Below, one piece after another: positions 62,601 through 64,000 of a stretch of DNA of 64,000 bases. The notes beneath the pieces were generated by a model, which saw only the letters and a program-made list of their open reading frames with translations, had not been told where the DNA came from and made no database searches. The stretch is from Azolla caroliniana (lineage: Eukaryota; Plantae; Polypodiophyta). The stretch lies in assembly GCA_043228905.1 (NCBI GenBank), contig JBHGNT010000022.1, positions 7,378,001 to 7,442,000 on the forward strand. The letters are read 5' to 3'. Position 1 is the first letter of the stretch. Every line of letters begins with the position of its first letter. Both the position numbers and the translations under genes were made by a program.

Positions 62601-63679
62601 ACTTCATCCAATCGATCGGCTTCTCAAAAAGCGATGAGGACCATTGTCTCTTTACCAACACAGCTCAAGATGGATCACCCATCTTCCTCATCATTTACGT
62701 GGACGACATGCTAATTTCTGGACGCCACGCGGGCGAACTTGCCGATCTCATTCGGCAACTGCGGTTGAAGTTTGCCATGAAGGACCTCGGTCCGGCACGA
62801 CACATCCTTGGCATGAAGATTAGTCGGAATCGCGATAAACGACATCTTTTTTTGTCTCAGACCGACTATATCGGACGTGTCTTGGAACGCTTCAACATGC
62901 AATCAGCCAAATCTGCTTCAACCCCGCTCCCCATGAATCTTCGGCTCTCTCAGCGAGACTGCCCGACATCCGGTCCGGAGGGGGAAGATATGAAGTCGGT
63001 ACCGTATGCACCGGCAGTCGGCTCCCTTATGTACTTGATGGTCGCGACACGACCTGATATTTCTCACGCCGTAGGAGTCGTTAGCAGATTTATGCACAAT
63101 CCTGGCCGATCGCATTGGAACGCAGTCAAGCATGTGTTCAGATATCTGGCTGGCACAAAAGATCACGGCATTCTTTTCGGTCCGAACCGAACCTCAGGCG
63201 TAGTCGGTTACACCGACTCGGATTTCGCCGGCTGTATAGACAGTCGGAAATCAACAACCGGATACTGCTTCAAATTCGGCAATGGAGCAATCTCGTGGAA
63301 GTCGAAACTTCAGGAGTGCACAGCGACCTCAACGACCGAAGCAGAATATGTAGCTGCGTCCGACGCAGCAAAAGAAGCTTTGTGGCTCGGTCGGCTGGCG
63401 CACACGTTTCGACAAGTCGACCATGACTCGGCTCCAGTTGTCTACAACGACAGTCAAGGTGCTGTTGCCTTGTCGAAAAATCCGGTTCACCACAACGCCT
63501 CCAAACATATCGACGTTCGATATCACTTCGTTCGGGACTGCGTCATTTCAGGGAAAATCGGTCTAGAGAAAATATCCACAACCGACAATGTCGCAGATGG
63601 AATGACCAAGTGTCTTTCGGCAGACCGTTTTCGGTCTCTTCGGCATCAGATGGGCGTAACGACAAACCAGTCCGGTTAG
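59666..63679 (+). CDS. Copia gag-pol polyprotein, 1337 aa, uninterrupted
   Basis: CNYCKKPGHIKADC, LLDSGAS, HRRLGH...CEHC, HSDVCGP/RTDNGGE/AERMN, IIYVDD, YTDSDFAG and NVADGMTK. Confidence 0.96.
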   Translation: MASTSGSSEMSLRKFDGSNFNFWKEQMQDYLIVKGQIDPIENEEPPEGYKPIEWQKLDRIVRATIRMHLSESVYFTVQSCTTAFELWKTLSDTYEKKVAATKMFLIRRLYNLRMKESDSVQAHLNEYESISSQISSQGTAIEDELRAMILMSSLPSSWETFVTTVCNASTTAVKYSEVTSAILTEAARRKSFAKDSTDDAYVVQGSTDRSNIRGRDSSRPPNNQRRRSQSRDNRICNYCKKPGHIKADCRALKNKNNKKSGRHEEINYVSFSADVLPDDPNILSIENPVGSEVLLTTEESSTWLLDSGASFHVTPHRSQFRQYTIRHSDSVRVGNSQHCDIIGIGTVELNLAGGSTLVLHNVRHVPELSRPLISVGQLDEDGIRAGFSSGGWTLHRGNLLLARGPKIHSLYPLHVTLREGNLFLVDIPVSSLWHRRLGHLSKAGITHLSRAGYIPKLSFSDHQFCEHCQYGKQAAASHPTSAPRETRPLDLVHSDVCGPMPHQSLGGASYFVTFIDDSTRKVWAYPIRTKDRVFSIFTDWLAMVENQTDRKLKCFRTDNGGEFKSEEFVKFCRQRGIRREFTAPHSPEQNGIAERMNRTIQERTVSMLQHSGLSDGFWAEALLTAVHIINMSPSRPLGLQIPQELWIGSKPNYDKLRIFGCEAYALIPKDDRRKLAPRSRKCIFLGYGSDGEMGYRLWDPERRQIVRSSDVVFNESAMNPSVEKPIEVRRVTFSDVPTLQEGPALNTRSASRVAEPYTTDSDNPDSAQQNNPLSDHPTTIPDATSPIIPRRSERLSQPPERYSPGIFFTDAGEPTSYEEASTSVDSATWHLAMESEMHSIRANKTWDLVELPRNRRALPCKWVYRLKETSDSTTPKYKARLVAKGFRQEYGVDFDEIFSPVVKMTTLRFLLGVVAADNLELIQLDVKTAFLHGDLEEEIYMEQPKGFVATGQEHLVCRLRKSLYGLKQAPRQWYKKFDDFIQSIGFSKSDEDHCLFTNTAQDGSPIFLIIYVDDMLISGRHAGELADLIRQLRLKFAMKDLGPARHILGMKISRNRDKRHLFLSQTDYIGRVLERFNMQSAKSASTPLPMNLRLSQRDCPTSGPEGEDMKSVPYAPAVGSLMYLMVATRPDISHAVGVVSRFMHNPGRSHWNAVKHVFRYLAGTKDHGILFGPNRTSGVVGYTDSDFAGCIDSRKSTTGYCFKFGNGAISWKSKLQECTATSTTEAEYVAASDAAKEALWLGRLAHTFRQVDHDSAPVVYNDSQGAVALSKNPVHHNASKHIDVRYHFVRDCVISGKIGLEKISTTDNVADGMTKCLSADRFRSLRHQMGVTTNQSG

Positions 63680-63872
63680 AGCCGGACACAGAGCAGGATG
63701 GTTCCCGACAACCGACATCAGTTCCTTAATGATCGGCTTCAACTGTTCCGACCCGACCAGTTCGGTCTTCTGCCTTCGGACCCTGCCGACTCGAACAAAG
63801 CTGATATGTCCGAGAACCTAAGTCTATACCTGTAATCTTAGATAACCCATGTATACGCCCATTACGGGGGAG

Positions 63873-64000
63873 TGTCGAATACATGTGTATAATGGACGTA
63901 TTCACACTATCCCGTTTTGGCCATTTATGTAATTAGCATAAAGGGTAGTTGCCCTAAGTCGGTCACTATATATAGTGACCTTGTAACCTTTTTGTAAGGT
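63873..64000 (+). repeat. 3' LTR of copia I (partial)
   Basis: Identical to 58789-58916. Confidence 0.95.

Larger units (their letters stand above)
58789..64000 (+). mobile_element. Intact Ty1/copia LTR retrotransposon I (3' LTR runs off the window)
   Basis: 5' LTR at 58789-59083, PBS TGGTATCAGAGC at 59086-59097, single ORF, PPT GGGGGAG at 63866-63872, 3' LTR from 63873. Confidence 0.97.

Overview
This is eukaryotic plant nuclear DNA, not prokaryotic. Spliceosomal GT-AG introns, Met-tRNAi primer sites, CG/CHG-type decay and microsatellites all point that way; a fern or other non-seed plant is a plausible but unverified guess. Only two host genes are visible. One is a 7-exon choline-transporter-like (CTL/PNS1 family) gene on + at 24978-29682. 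The other is a 6-exon ankyrin-repeat gene on - at 42182-44813. The rest is mostly transposon-derived. At 1-15770 is a four-level LTR nest: copia C inside copia A inside a chromovirus inside copia D, plus two solo LTRs. Further along are LINE relics, a hAT-type MITE, a 1-kb TRIM-like element, a decayed copia cluster (36.3-41.1 kb), and copia F (46382-52434) inserted into a foldback of chromovirus LTR sequence. An intact copia with a 1337-aa polyprotein and identical visible LTRs occupies 58789->64000. The most unusual signal is a recurrent degenerate tRNA-like (Pol III A/B-box) module lying antisense in U3 of several unrelated LTR families. Also notable are an apparent gag/LTR swap between two sister copia elements, CCGG-array U3 modules shared across families, and three elements with 4-bp target-site duplications. 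All alignments were done by eye and no searches were run.
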